64,000 nucleotides of DNA from an uncultured Nitrospiraceae bacterium (GCA_963727805.1 CAVSHF010000003.1:1024001-1088000), one strand, 5' to 3'; numbered from the stretch's first letter, positions 49,655-61,133 are shown. A program made the numbers and translations. Notes: generated from the sequence alone by a model not told the origin.

Positions 49655-51529
49655 TTAGGTGATCAGACCTAACCCCTTTCTCTTTTCTGTAATATGATTT
49701 ATTATGAGTTCGGCCGCTCTTGCGGGGTCTGGCTCCACTGCAAAACAAGCGCCGAATACATCGTTCAACCCGGAGGTAGCAAGTTCGGTGATTTTTTTGC
49801 TTCCTGCAATAGGGGGCATAACACCGAGTACGGTAAATATCCCACTGGCCATGGCATAAAAGGCGATTGTCGCTGCCTTTTCGGAATACCATTCGGGGGC
49901 TGCCCCTGCTAGAGGTAATTTGTCTATGTCAACACCTATGGCATTGGCCAGTGCGCATGCAATGACGATTATTCTGGAATTGTCGACGCACGAGCCGACA
50001 TGTAGTGACGGCGGAATATTGAGAAGCCCACATATCTCTTTGAGTCCCGGCCCTGCCAACTCTTTCGCTTCCGGCACCTGAAGCCCGGCCTTGCCAGCTG
50101 CGACATTTACGCATCCTGTCGTGAGTACCAAGATGTCATTTGCTATAAGAAGTTTGATCAGTTCGACATGACCATAATCCTGTTTTATCTTCGGGTTGTT
50201 GCAACCCACAACGCCAACCGCACCCTTTATCTTGCCGGCCTTAATGGCATCAATCAATGGCGTCAAGCTACCGCCAAGCGCACCCACGATGGATTCCACT
50301 GAAAATCCAGTCATATTCTTTACCGGCGATGTAGGAATATATACTTTGTCCTTATTCCGCCGTGCAAAATTCTCTACTGACTCCTTTACTATCCTGAATG
50401 CCTGTTCTTTGGCATTCTCCGGAGTGAATTCAACATGCTCCATAAATGGGAACTTGGCCTTATCGGATGTCGAATAGAGCTTGGTATGATAGCACTGGGC
50501 AACCTGTCCCAAAGATGGCATGATGCATTGGTAGTCGACGATAATGGATTCTACAGCTCCGGTAACCATGGTTAATTCTGTCATCAGGTGGTTTCCAGCC
50601 ATGGGTATCTTTTTCCGCATCATCAACTCATTACCGGTGCAGCAGAGGCCCGCGAGATTGATGCCTTTTGCGCCCTTCAATTTGGCAAGCTTAAGCATCT
50701 CTTTGTCTTCAACAGCCAATCCAACCATTTCGGACACCACAGGGCTATGCCCGTGAACTAAAATGTTGACCTGGTCCTCTTTGAGGACACCCAGGTTGAC
50801 TTCAGAAAAGCCCGGTTGGGGTGTGCCGAAGATGATATCGGACAGGTCCGTACCTATCATAGATCCACCGTAACCGTCCGCAAGACTGTTTCTGACAGCA
50901 TGCAACAGGATTGAGACATAATCGTTATCAACGCCCATATGAGTACGGTGCATTGTCTCTGATGTCTCTCTGTCTATGCCTCGTGGAATTACTTTCAGCT
51001 TTTTCCACAATTCAAGCCGCTGTTGCGGTGCCCTATTAATCAGAGTGATCCTTTCCTTTTTCATCCCATAATCTTCCATCATGGCTTCCGCAAGACGTTT
51101 AGCAATAACCTCGTTGCCAAGGCCGTTGATATCAATGCTGTATTCAGCAGCCAACTGCTTGAGCTTACCGGCATCCCTGATCGAGTATCCGGGCGCCTTC
51201 CCCTGGCCTATCTTATACAGAACTTCAACCAGATCGCGTCCATGATCCGAGTGTGATGCGGCCCCAGCAGCGATCATTCGCGCCAGATTCCTAGCAACCA
51301 TAATCTCTGCATCTGCCCCGCAAACCCCGTATCTTGGGCCTTCCCCGAATGGATCAATGCGGCATGGTCCCATAACGCATATTCGGCATGACACGCCCAG
51401 TTCGCAATATCCACACTGAGGCTCCTGTTTCTTGAATCTGTCCCAGACGGTTTCCACTCCGTCTTCACGCGCTTTTCTGATTGTCAGCTGGGCGTCTTTG
51501 CATATCGAAAGATTCGCGTATTCACTCAT
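49655..51529 (-). CDS. cooS: Anaerobic Ni,Fe carbon monoxide dehydrogenase catalytic subunit
   Basis: CGYC..SCRICVMGPC, HSDHGR, HGH, CCTGNE, DYQC, GCNN, TGC, GSCVDN, EKA. Confidence 0.97.
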   Translation of the reverse strand: MSEYANLSICKDAQLTIRKAREDGVETVWDRFKKQEPQCGYCELGVSCRICVMGPCRIDPFGEGPRYGVCGADAEIMVARNLARMIAAGAASHSDHGRDLVEVLYKIGQGKAPGYSIRDAGKLKQLAAEYSIDINGLGNEVIAKRLAEAMMEDYGMKKERITLINRAPQQRLELWKKLKVIPRGIDRETSETMHRTHMGVDNDYVSILLHAVRNSLADGYGGSMIGTDLSDIIFGTPQPGFSEVNLGVLKEDQVNILVHGHSPVVSEMVGLAVEDKEMLKLAKLKGAKGINLAGLCCTGNELMMRKKIPMAGNHLMTELTMVTGAVESIIVDYQCIMPSLGQVAQCYHTKLYSTSDKAKFPFMEHVEFTPENAKEQAFRIVKESVENFARRNKDKVYIPTSPVKNMTGFSVESIVGALGGSLTPLIDAIKAGKIKGAVGVVGCNNPKIKQDYGHVELIKLLIANDILVLTTGCVNVAAGKAGLQVPEAKELAGPGLKEICGLLNIPPSLHVGSCVDNSRIIVIACALANAIGVDIDKLPLAGAAPEWYSEKAATIAFYAMASGIFTVLGVMPPIAGSKKITELATSGLNDVFGACFAVEPDPARAAELIINHITEKRKGLGLIT

Positions 51530-52125
51530 GACTGCATCCTCCTTAATTCTTCCAATCTGTGTTTGTATCCCTTTAAAGACTGGTATGCGCCTTTCTCTTG
51601 CTCACCTGTTCTTATGCCCCGGTAGACCAGTGTCGACAGTTCGTCTGTATCCCTGTCCATTACCTTGTTGTAGTCTTCGAATAGGAGGGCGCCGACCTTG
51701 CAGACATCTACGCAGGCTGGGACTCTGCCTTCTTTCTGACGTGTGATGCACTGATCGCATTTATGGGCTGCCGTTTTATTGTTGGGATAGAGATGATACC
51801 TTACGACGCCGAAGGGACAGGCCATGGCGCACATGCCACAGTTGATGCAACGATCGGGGTTGATTAAAACTGTACCGGTCGAAGGCTCTCTAAATATGGC
51901 CTTTGTGAGACATGCCATCTCACAGGGCGCGGGGTCGCAATGCCTGCACTTATTCGGAAAAGGATCTTTGTTTCTAGATAACCCAATATGAATGCGGGGC
52001 CTGGACAGGACCGATTCATAAGGTGCTGAATAAGGCGAACCGCTTTTCGAGTGAGCAACGGCGCATGCGAAACGGCATTGAAGGCATCCCACGCAGCGCT
52101 CGGGTTTTACGACAACCACTTTCAT
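51526..52125 (-). CDS. cooF: CooF-like 4x[4Fe-4S] protein
   Basis: Four Cys clusters: CVGCLQC, CRHCDPAPC, CINCGMC, CDQC..PAC. Confidence 0.9.
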   Translation of the reverse strand: MKVVVVKPERCVGCLQCRFACAVAHSKSGSPYSAPYESVLSRPRIHIGLSRNKDPFPNKCRHCDPAPCEMACLTKAIFREPSTGTVLINPDRCINCGMCAMACPFGVVRYHLYPNNKTAAHKCDQCITRQKEGRVPACVDVCKVGALLFEDYNKVMDRDTDELSTLVYRGIRTGEQEKGAYQSLKGYKHRLEELRRMQS

Positions 52126-52136
52126 AAAAGCCTCCT

Positions 52137-53354
52137 TCATAAAGGGTAAAGTATGTCGGATATGCTGACCTCATTATCAACAATCTTCTGAGGATCGGCA
52201 TTAAGCGGCATGCCCTTTTTGATCAGATTTATATAGGTCCCTGCATCATCCGGACAATTGAAAAAGGCCATGCCGACAAGGATATTGTCTTTAACCGCCA
52301 GTTTCCGAAATTGTTTTAAATGCGGGAAATTCCTCTCAAATATGGTTGCCCCGGAGCCTTCCGTCATTACGCCTCCGGAGATGAGATGGAATGAATGGGT
52401 CTTGAGACTGTTCATCCCGATGCTTCCCTGATAAGGGACATCTCCACCCAACATATTCAAGGCTGCAAAATAACCCTGCTCAACTGCTACGGGCCAGAGC
52501 GCATTAATCCACGGCAACCGTCGGGCAACATCCATGGTCTCGCAGCAATCCCCCGCCGCATAAACACCCTCTGCCGATGTCTCCAGAAATTCATTGGTCA
52601 TGATTCCAAGGTCAACCTTTATTCCCGCTTTGCGAGCAATCTCGACCCTCGGCTTAACTCCTTTCCCGACGACTACGACATCGCTGACCAGTTCTGCACC
52701 TGATTTAAGTGCAACCACAACCCTATCTTCTTTCATATTAATGTCCGCGATATTGTCTTGCGTACGCACGCCAATGCCGGATTCACGGATCTCTTTTTCG
52801 ATAGATCGCGCAGATTTTTCATCCAATACCAGTGAAAGGGGATAAGGGGATGAAACAATCATCTCGACTTTGACGTTGCGCTCTATCAATCCATAAGCGG
52901 TCTTTATCCCCACAAACCCGCCGCCTAGCACTGTCGCCCTGTCTTTGACATATCGTTCGAGTTTCTTCGCATCACTCATGTAGCGCAGAGTGAAAATCTT
53001 CTTCTCCTCGTCACAATAATTCGGTTTTATAGCGTTGGCGCCTGTAGCGACAAGAACTTTGTCGTAGCTTATTTCCCTGCCGCCCGACATCGTAAGAACC
53101 TTCCTGCTTGCATCTATGGCTTCCACTTTTTCGCCAAAGATGAATTTTACATTGTCAGGATATTTCGCAACGTCCGATATATACATCTGATCTTCACGGA
53201 CAATCCTACCGAGATAATGCGTAAGTGCGCATCTGCAGTATGGAGAGTATTTTTCTTCTGATATAGCGGTTACAATCACCTGAGGGGAGAATTTCAGGAG
53301 GGTATCGAGGCAGGAAAGCCCTGCAGCACTCAGGCCTATGATGACAGCATGCAT
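52137..53354 (-). CDS. FAD/NAD(P)-dependent oxidoreductase (CODH-associated FNOR)
   Basis: IIGLSAAG, VATGA, LGGGFVG, YAAGDC. Confidence 0.9.
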   Translation of the reverse strand: MHAVIIGLSAAGLSCLDTLLKFSPQVIVTAISEEKYSPYCRCALTHYLGRIVREDQMYISDVAKYPDNVKFIFGEKVEAIDASRKVLTMSGGREISYDKVLVATGANAIKPNYCDEEKKIFTLRYMSDAKKLERYVKDRATVLGGGFVGIKTAYGLIERNVKVEMIVSSPYPLSLVLDEKSARSIEKEIRESGIGVRTQDNIADINMKEDRVVVALKSGAELVSDVVVVGKGVKPRVEIARKAGIKVDLGIMTNEFLETSAEGVYAAGDCCETMDVARRLPWINALWPVAVEQGYFAALNMLGGDVPYQGSIGMNSLKTHSFHLISGGVMTEGSGATIFERNFPHLKQFRKLAVKDNILVGMAFFNCPDDAGTYINLIKKGMPLNADPQKIVDNEVSISDILYPL

Positions 53355-53685
53355 ACTACAATCTCCTTTCAATACAAAAGCGTTATGACTTACATACGAA
53401 GGGAATTGATTGCAGAAGCTTTCTCGCGAATCAGAAAGACCGTCGTTATAGTCTTCTTTGTTCTATTTACGGTCATCATTTAGCCCCCCACAATTAAAGT
53501 ATACCGCAGTACAAAGTAAAATTAAAGGCCAGAACACCAGGCACTGATTTGCTGCTATATTTGTGAGGAGTTGATCTGTAAATAAGCACTTTCCTGGTAT
53601 ACCCAGATGTGGTTACTTGAACTGCACAACCAGACTGTTTATTATAGGGCAACCCATGCGATGTGACCGCTCATGTAGGTAAACC

Positions 53686-53722
53686 AAAAAAAGAGGCAAG
53701 AATAAACCAGCCTTGCCTCTTT
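53686..53722 (-). terminator. Terminator-like hairpin upstream of the CODH operon
   Basis: AAAGAGGCAAG/CTTGCCTCTTT with a T-run on the minus strand. Confidence 0.45.
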
Positions 53723-54202
53723 GATCATGCTCATACCGCGTTGTTTCTATTTTTTGCTATGGGCCCGTCGTCAGCCATACCGAAAGATATAACTGTATCG
53801 ACATCTGGATTCCACATGGCGTTGTGATCGGTGTCAATATACCATGTCCCATTCTGAAATACTCCACCCGATACGGCAGTAACATTGAAAATAATGGTGA
53901 CCGTTTCTGCTTATCCTTCACAATTTTAAAGGTGTTTGTTCCGGAAAGCTATGGAGTCAGGCTAACTGATTCATCCCATGTGCAGGTAATGACATGGGAT
54001 ATACAACACACAGCGTTCGACCTGAAACAATAAGCGGCGCAATGGGGCCACGTGTTTGTTTGGCGGGAATAAACAAACAGACAGAGGCATAGATCTGGCG
54101 CCTCCGCCTCTTTGACTTTGTCGTGATTTCAATTATAATAAAAAATACATTACAGCCGCCGCTCTATATAGCGCGGTAGAACATCAATCGGAGGCAAAAG
54201 AC

Positions 54203-54673
54203 ATGTTACCCAGTAAAATATACCTTCTTTCAGTACCTGCCTTCCTGTTAGCCGTGATGCTAGCTTGCGGAATAACAACAAGCGAAGGCGCAGAAAAAGG
54301 TAAGACCAAATGCCAAATGAAATTTCATCTTCACGGCTGGTCAGCTCTATACGAAACGGCCGAAGGAAGCGGGGCCATTACCTGTAGCAATGGGCAATCC
54401 GGCAATATCGTGTTAAAAGTCACGGGCGGCGGTCTTACAGCGGGCAGATACAAACTGCAGGGAAGAGGAGAATTTACTAATGTTTCTAATATTAGCGAGC
54501 TCTACGGTACATATGCCGCAGCTGAAGCCCACGCAGGCGCCGTGCAATCGGCAGACGCACAGGTTGTCTCCAAAGGTGACGTATCTCTGGCTATTACCGC
54601 AAAAGGCAGTGGGTTCAATCTGGGAGTAGGCTTCAGCGCATTCAAGATCGAGGCGGCGACTAAAGGCCATTAA
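54203..54673 (+). CDS. Secreted beta-rich hypothetical protein (EipA/DUF992-like)
   Basis: Signal peptide; GSGAITC, GGGLT, GTY, GFNLGVG. Confidence 0.7.
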   Translation: MLPSKIYLLSVPAFLLAVMLACGITTSEGAEKGKTKCQMKFHLHGWSALYETAEGSGAITCSNGQSGNIVLKVTGGGLTAGRYKLQGRGEFTNVSNISELYGTYAAAEAHAGAVQSADAQVVSKGDVSLAITAKGSGFNLGVGFSAFKIEAATKGH

Positions 54674-55011
54674 AATTAATCTAGAAAAGCTGAATTGTTG
54701 ATACGATTGCGAGATAAACCGCCATCAAATCCGGGAAATGGAAGCCTGGTAAGAAGTCAGTAAGCTTTGGGATGGAAGAAATAAAATAACGGCGAGACAG
54801 ATCGTGAAAAGTGTTATTAGCCGATTCGCTCATTCCACTGCAGTACTAATACGATCGCTACAGGAATTAAACGGTTTAATTCATGAAGGAGTGCTGCGAA
54901 AAGACTCTTCTCCAGACCATGAAGCTTTCGCCCATAATATGCATGGCCGTTTTGCCGAGATTTAGTTGGGTGTCGAATGCAGTTTTTAAAAAAGCGAAAG
55001 GAGGCAACAAA

Positions 55012-55434
55012 ATGAAAACATTATTTTTTGGAACGATGCTTTTAGTGTTGATGTTTCTAGTTCCTATGCCAACAATGGCAGGGGTAGCAATAGGTGTTGG
55101 GGTTGCCCTTCCACCACCCATCGTAGTTGAGACACCTCCAGCAGTAGTAGCTCTACCTGCTGCCCCTGGTGTTTACGTTGCTCCTGATGTCGATGTAGAC
55201 CTCTATTTCTGGAATGGATGGTGGTGGCGCCCTTGGGGAGGTCATTGGTATCGTTCACGGTATTACGACCACGGATGGGGTTACTTTAGAAACGTTCCAA
55301 GATTTTATAGCCGTGTAAATCCGGGGTGGAGAGGATATTACAGAAGTCATAATTGGAACGGTCGCCCGTGGAACTATCAGCGGATTCCTCATCATGAATT
55401 TGTACATGGGCATTACGGGCATTACAGGCGTTAA
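55012..55434 (+). CDS. Secreted Pro/Trp/Gly-rich protein (YXWGXW-like)
   Basis: AGGAGG RBS, signal peptide, WNGWWWRPWGGHWY. Confidence 0.75.
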   Translation: MKTLFFGTMLLVLMFLVPMPTMAGVAIGVGVALPPPIVVETPPAVVALPAAPGVYVAPDVDVDLYFWNGWWWRPWGGHWYRSRYYDHGWGYFRNVPRFYSRVNPGWRGYYRSHNWNGRPWNYQRIPHHEFVHGHYGHYRR

Positions 55435-56024
55435 TTAAGTTTAAGATATCCCGCAGTTTCTGCCGGGGGGTATCTTGTAGCATCGGGGTGCAGGGGAGTC
55501 GGAGCAAAGCGAAGACACCTGCCGTCTGAAGTGCCATGCTTTTGTCGGAGTTACTTGTTGAACACCTCATTCCTCAGCGATGCGGACTAAGGTGTGTTAC
55601 AAGGAAACACTCTCCAAAGCAACCATGAAAGTTATTTAGTGAATCCCCGAAATCCTAGTACTGGTAAAATCGATAGTCAGTAGGAATTAACCTTCCGTAT
55701 ATGCACCGATTCTAAAATAGGGTTCCTGCCGATTCTGGCGTCTTTCTTCCATACACAAAAGGTTCCAAAAGTCTGTTATTTTACCGATTCTCCCGATAAA
55801 ATGGCCTCTTTGAGCGTGTCAAAGAGACCTTCCGCCTTCTCCTGAACCTGATTATTGGGAAGCCCTGAATTTTCGCGCAAGAGATTTACGATATCAGACT
55901 TGGGCATAGAGAGTTCTAAACTCAGTTGGCTGCTTTTGTCGAGGGGACTGTGATCACTGTCATGAAGCAGCCGTAATATCCCTTCACAGCCTGTAGTTCT
56001 TGTGTTGATATAATGTAATCAATA

Positions 56025-57305
56025 TTGATTTCAAGGGGCTATGTGGTCAAAATGAGAACCTTTAATGCGTTAACAGGTTATATTCACAGATATAGGCAAC
56101 AAGTTCCAATGTCTCTTTTGTCACCGCAATATTTATTATTTCGCAAAACAAAGAAATGTATTTCTCTTGTATGTACTTCTTTAATATCGTTTTTTATTCT
56201 ATCCACAATAAGTGCAAGTCAAGCTTCAGTTTCCGATGTCGTTTTAAATCAGAAAAAAGCCGTTGTCAGTATTTATGTCGGCGGTCAAGACAAAGTGACA
56301 AGCATCGCTGGCAGTGGATTTATCATCGACAGCGATGGGATAGTGGTAACGAATTACCATGTTATTTCTTCGTCAATCAAGAATAATGGAAGTTCTATTT
56401 TAGTTAGGACATACACAAAAGCATATTATGTAATTGAAGACATATTAGCTTTTGATGAGGAGAGTGATCTGGCTATTCTTAAACTTGCAGCTTCCGAGCT
56501 TCCTGCGACCAGGCTTGCAGTCAAATATCAACCGAAGCAAGGAGAACAGATTGTTGTTATCGGGAGTTCCCTTGGATTAGAAACGACTGTGACGAATGGT
56601 ATCATTAGCCGTATCCGAGGCAAGAGCCAGTTGCTTCAAATCACTGCTGCCATTTCACCCGGAAGTAGCGGAAGCCCTGTTTTTAATACCAAGGGAGAAG
56701 TTATAGGAGTGGCAACATTTTTATTAAAGGGTGGTCAAAGCCTTAACTTTGCTGTTCCAGTCTCGTTAGTTCAAGACTTGGTCAAATATCCCCCAAAAAG
56801 AAGAAAATCCGGAGGCAGCGCTCAGACTCATCCATCAACTACAATTGATGACTACAAACCCAAATCCGACCCCACTCAACCTCAAAAAAACACTGCTCAG
56901 CCTCAAACATCCATCCCGTCAGCTTGGTCATTTTTTTCAATGAGTGCTGATAAAGATGCAGCCTTGTTTTATAATCCTAAGTCAGTTCACACATCTGGGA
57001 ATAAAGTAGAACTTATGGTAAAGTGGATTCATCTTCAGAAACAGGGGCCCACGTATTCCAATTCCCAGAAGATTCTTAAACAGGCACTAGGGGAATATAA
57101 TTATACGCTTTCTTATGGTATTGGCTCGTTCACATTCGATTGTGTTAGCCGCATAGGAACCGAAACAAAAGAGATTTACTATAATTCTGAAGGCTCTATA
57201 ATTTTTACATATGTGCCAGCACAACCAGTTTCTAGGTATTTTGCGTCTGACACGATCTACGGCAATTTGATGACGATAGTTTGCACAAAGCTGACCTCCC
57301 CCTGA
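56025..57305 (+). CDS. Trypsin-like (S1C) serine protease with C-terminal accessory domain (start uncertain)
   Basis: GSGF, TNYHV, DLAIL, ISPGSSGSP triad motifs. Confidence 0.88.
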   Translation: MISRGYVVKMRTFNALTGYIHRYRQQVPMSLLSPQYLLFRKTKKCISLVCTSLISFFILSTISASQASVSDVVLNQKKAVVSIYVGGQDKVTSIAGSGFIIDSDGIVVTNYHVISSSIKNNGSSILVRTYTKAYYVIEDILAFDEESDLAILKLAASELPATRLAVKYQPKQGEQIVVIGSSLGLETTVTNGIISRIRGKSQLLQITAAISPGSSGSPVFNTKGEVIGVATFLLKGGQSLNFAVPVSLVQDLVKYPPKRRKSGGSAQTHPSTTIDDYKPKSDPTQPQKNTAQPQTSIPSAWSFFSMSADKDAALFYNPKSVHTSGNKVELMVKWIHLQKQGPTYSNSQKILKQALGEYNYTLSYGIGSFTFDCVSRIGTETKEIYYNSEGSIIFTYVPAQPVSRYFASDTIYGNLMTIVCTKLTSP

Positions 57306-57790
57306 CTGGCAACAACTTCTTCCTCTGCATCATAAAACGCTAATCAGAGTTTCCTTGCAGAAGAGCAAGACTTAAGATAGCTTGATAATCTCCCACATAA
57401 CCAAACCCACGGCAAAGAACCTCTCAATGTGCTCCGTATCGGAGAGTTCAATGCTGTAAATCTTCTGAGCGATGCGATCAACATACTAGCCTACTATGGT
57501 CTGATTTGATGTTTCGATGTCGCTGGCGATTGAACTGATTTTAGTCATTGCTCCTCCTCTTTCTCCTTGAAAAAGCAGGATTCATAATGACCTTCAGTAG
57601 CCTTAAGAATCAATGAATCTTGTTACGTATAGCACCAAGCAGTCCTCATTTAGGCAACAATAGAGGGAATGAGGCTTTTGCAAAATAATCAGCTATTTCT
57701 CGGATGTGTCAGTCGAAATATCCTGCCTGTTCGGAAGGCGATATTCCGGACAGAGAACCGAGTATCAGCCAAAGCGACTCTCCTATAATG

Positions 57791-59230
57791 TTAGACGGCA
57801 ATCCAAGTTAAATAGGGATACCCTATAACAAGGAATGCGATCAGAAAGATCCCACCAAAGATCAGTCCAAGACGCCAGAAATCTTTACTAGGTATATATC
57901 CGCTTCCATAGTAAATAGGCGACGGACCAGTCGCAAATGGTGTAATTATCCCCATAATGCCGAGAGAATAGCAAAACATCAAAGCGAGCAATCTAATCGG
58001 CATCCCCGGGATAGCCATTGCGGCCGCCAAGAATACAGGCAATAGAGCAGCGACATGTGCCGTTATACTAGCGAACATGTAATGAACGATGAAGAAGATC
58101 GCGACAAAGAGGAGCATAGCCGCAAGAACGGGAATACCTTTCATGGCTCCGGCGGTAAGGACGGCAAACCAGTCTAGGAATTTCACCAATTTGAGGCCAT
58201 CGGCCAAGGTTACGAGTGTGGCAAACCAGGCAAGCACGTTCCAGGCCTGCTTATTGCCTATGACGTCATCCCACGAAATAATGCCTGTCAGAATCATAGC
58301 GCACAGCACAATAAGAGCTGCCATGGTAGCATCGAGATTGAACCAGTCGCCACCGAAAATCCAGAGCGTAAGAGCAGCAATGGCCAAGAGCGCCATAATC
58401 ACCTCTTTGCTGCTTATTTTGCCTAATTTCGATAATTCCTCAGCTGCCCATACAGGCACATCATTGCTGACTTTTACACCCGGTGGATAAATCTTATAGA
58501 TCAGATATGGGGTCACCGCAAAAAGAAACAAGCCGACTGGCAGGAATCCCTTAACCCATTCCGTCCATGAGATGCTTACGGATGCAGTTTTTTTGACAAG
58601 TTCTATAGCTAGAAGATTGGGCGCCAAGGCAGTTAGAAACATGGAGCTTGTTATGCAAGTAGTCGCAAGCGCCGTCCACATAAGATAGGAGCCTATTTTC
58701 CCGGCTGTCTCGCCAGGTTGGGAATCATAAAGTGGGGGTATGTTCTTGATAATCGGGAAGATCGTCCCTCCGCTGCGGGCTGTGTTAGATGGAGTAAATG
58801 GCGCAAGTATCAAGTCGGCCATGGCTATAGCATAACCGAGCCCAAGTGTTTTCTTTCCTAGAGCCCTGACAAGCAGCAGCGCGAGCCGACGTCCCAAGCC
58901 CGTTTTCTCATATCCCTTAGCAAACATAAATGCTATAAAAATAAGCCATACCGTACTATTGCTGAAACCGGAAAGCGCCCATTTCAAGGAGTCGGCAGGC
59001 TTGGGAGTCACGAGAAGCAAAGCACCAGCTACGGTGACGCCGAAAAGTCCCACCGCGGCCGCCGGTATTGGTTCCAAGATCAGGGCTGCGATTGCGGTAC
59101 TGAACACTGCAAAATAGTACCATGCATTCGGCTGCAAGCCCTGGGGTACTGGAATTAGGCAAATGACCACCCCAATCAACAACGGTACGATGAATTTCAA
59201 ATACTGCCTTTTTTCCATTTTCCCCTCCAA
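57791..59230 (-). CDS. DASS family dicarboxylate/citrate exchanger (CitT/TtdT-like)
   Basis: TPSNTARSGG, HYMFASITAH, TPFATGPSPIYYGSGY. Confidence 0.93.
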   Translation of the reverse strand: MEGKMEKRQYLKFIVPLLIGVVICLIPVPQGLQPNAWYYFAVFSTAIAALILEPIPAAAVGLFGVTVAGALLLVTPKPADSLKWALSGFSNSTVWLIFIAFMFAKGYEKTGLGRRLALLLVRALGKKTLGLGYAIAMADLILAPFTPSNTARSGGTIFPIIKNIPPLYDSQPGETAGKIGSYLMWTALATTCITSSMFLTALAPNLLAIELVKKTASVSISWTEWVKGFLPVGLFLFAVTPYLIYKIYPPGVKVSNDVPVWAAEELSKLGKISSKEVIMALLAIAALTLWIFGGDWFNLDATMAALIVLCAMILTGIISWDDVIGNKQAWNVLAWFATLVTLADGLKLVKFLDWFAVLTAGAMKGIPVLAAMLLFVAIFFIVHYMFASITAHVAALLPVFLAAAMAIPGMPIRLLALMFCYSLGIMGIITPFATGPSPIYYGSGYIPSKDFWRLGLIFGGIFLIAFLVIGYPYLTWIAV

Positions 59231-59560
59231 TAGTATTTTGAAATCATACCCTCAAAGACAACTTTTAAAGAAATCCCCAATAGCCAAGCAAATTTAGAAC
59301 CAAATCGAAGGATTCCTATGAATAAGCTTAGCAGCATATCCGGGCAGAGTCTACAAATATTTTAGAAGCATGCATAATTCCGAGATACGTATAGAAGAAT
59401 TTGCCGAGAGTATTATGAATACACTGTAGCGAGCAGAAATAAGCAGGGTTCTTTGCAGGTTAGCACCAAGACCCTATGATTAAAAAGCAGAAGACAAGCC
59501 CCCCGATCGGGTATGTTGTATCGGGAAAGATTCAACAAACCGACAGAAGGAGGACTATTC

Positions 59561-59983
59561 ATGAATAAGAATCGCAAACTTAATTTTGAGGGTCACAGAT
59601 TTACGTTGGGATGGATGTTCATAGGAATATCTGGAGCATTAGTATTCTTACTGATGCGTTTGAACACAAGACCTTTACGCAGCCTCCTGAGGTAGGCACA
59701 TTGGTGAATTGTCTCAAGCGCATTTTTCTTGGCACAGCATACAAATCGGTTTATGAAGCCGGCTACTGTGGTTTCTGAATTAACGATCGTCTGCAAGAAC
59801 ATGGTATTCCGTGCCTTGTAATCCGGCCGATGTACCTACGAAGGACAACGAGCGAACAAAGAAAACCGACCGAGTGGACTGCCGCAAGCTGGCAAGAAGT
59901 TTCAGAAGCGGAGAGATTGAGGGCATATTTATCCCTTCCCGGCCGAAGGTGGAGGACCGCAGCTTTATCAGAACACGATCACT
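59561..59983 (+). pseudogene. Frameshifted, truncated IS110-family transposase
   Basis: Fragments across frames: IYVGMDVH, YEAGYCGF, NPADVPT, KKTDRVDCRKLA. Confidence 0.8.
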
Positions 59984-60107
59984 TGTGACACATTTTTTCG
60001 GAAATCAACACCTCTGGCAAAATGTCCTCAGTGTTTGATAATTATTGAGAGCGACCTCCGTTGGATGTGATAATTGTATGGCATTCAAAAACTGGAAGGA
60101 GGCCGCT

Positions 60108-61133
60108 ATGACATTTTACTGTGGAATCGATTTGCATACCAAGAAATCCCAACTCTGTATTATTGACAAGGACGGGAAAAAGGTAAAGGAGGGTAATCTC
60201 AACAATGATCTTTCGGTCATTTTTGAATTTCTAGAACCCTTCGGTAGGGATGTACATATTGCGATTGAATGCACCATAAATTGGTATTGGATTGTGGATG
60301 GACTTAAGGACAAGGGCTATGACGTAAGGCTTGCACATACATTGGGTCTGTACATGATAACAGGGGCGAAGGTAAAGACTGACAGAAGAGACGCATTTAA
60401 GTTGGCAAAACTTCTCAGGATGGGTGAACTCCCGGAGGCGTATATTTATCCCAAGGAGAAAAGACCATTGAGAGACCGCTTAAGGAGAAGGGCAGGCCTT
60501 GTTCATGAGCGTGCCGAATGCTATTCGAGCTTGAGGGTACAGTTCATAAAGTATAACCTGAACACCATGAGCGGTAGCGAGTTGAAGAAGCTCTTACCTG
60601 CAGATCTTCATATTATGCCGATCCCTCAGCAAGTGAAGGATTACTGCGTCATGATACTGGAGAGAATCGACCTGCTATCCAACCAGATTGACAAGCTCGA
60701 TACTGGGTTAAAAGACATCACGTTAGAAGATCCCAGATTCAAGCTTCTGTTAACGTTGCCCGGCGTAATGTACGTGCTTGGATTGACGATCTATTACGAG
60801 ATAGGAGACATCAGCAGATTCAGAGATGTCAGGCAGTTTGCATCCTATTGTCGTTTGGTGCCGGGTGTATCTCAGTCCTCCGACACAGTAAAGAGAGGGA
60901 AGGGAAAGAAGCAGGGGAATCATTATTTGAAGTTTGCATTTACCCAAGCCGCCAATATTGCGGTCAGGTATTATCCGAAGCTCAGAAAGTTCAGGGACCA
61001 ACATGCCAACAGAAGGAAGGGCAGTGCGGCTACGATGGTGGCCAACTGCATTCTGGCTCACAAAATAGCCAACGCTACGTTTCATATGTTGAAGGAAGGG
61101 GTCCCTTTTGACGAGGCAAAGCTTTTCGGCTGA
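60108..61133 (+). CDS. IS110 family transposase/recombinase
   Basis: DEDD residues (GIDLH, IEC, KTDRRDA); C-terminal ASYCRLVPGVSQSS; AGGAGG RBS. Confidence 0.93.
   Translation: MTFYCGIDLHTKKSQLCIIDKDGKKVKEGNLNNDLSVIFEFLEPFGRDVHIAIECTINWYWIVDGLKDKGYDVRLAHTLGLYMITGAKVKTDRRDAFKLAKLLRMGELPEAYIYPKEKRPLRDRLRRRAGLVHERAECYSSLRVQFIKYNLNTMSGSELKKLLPADLHIMPIPQQVKDYCVMILERIDLLSNQIDKLDTGLKDITLEDPRFKLLLTLPGVMYVLGLTIYYEIGDISRFRDVRQFASYCRLVPGVSQSSDTVKRGKGKKQGNHYLKFAFTQAANIAVRYYPKLRKFRDQHANRRKGSAATMVANCILAHKIANATFHMLKEGVPFDEAKLFG

Noticed and set aside
54050..54180. Tandem hairpins upstream of ORF 54203
   Set aside because: No riboswitch consensus recognised; may be ordinary terminator-like structures
55450..55575. 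GC-rich segment GGGGTGCAGGGG...CACCTGC resembling a REP or IS end
   Set aside because: Single copy in the window, with no identifiable transposase or clear family
57370..57548. ORF with a strong RBS but an in-frame TAG after 20 codons
   Set aside because: No recognisable homology; cannot distinguish pseudogene from noise
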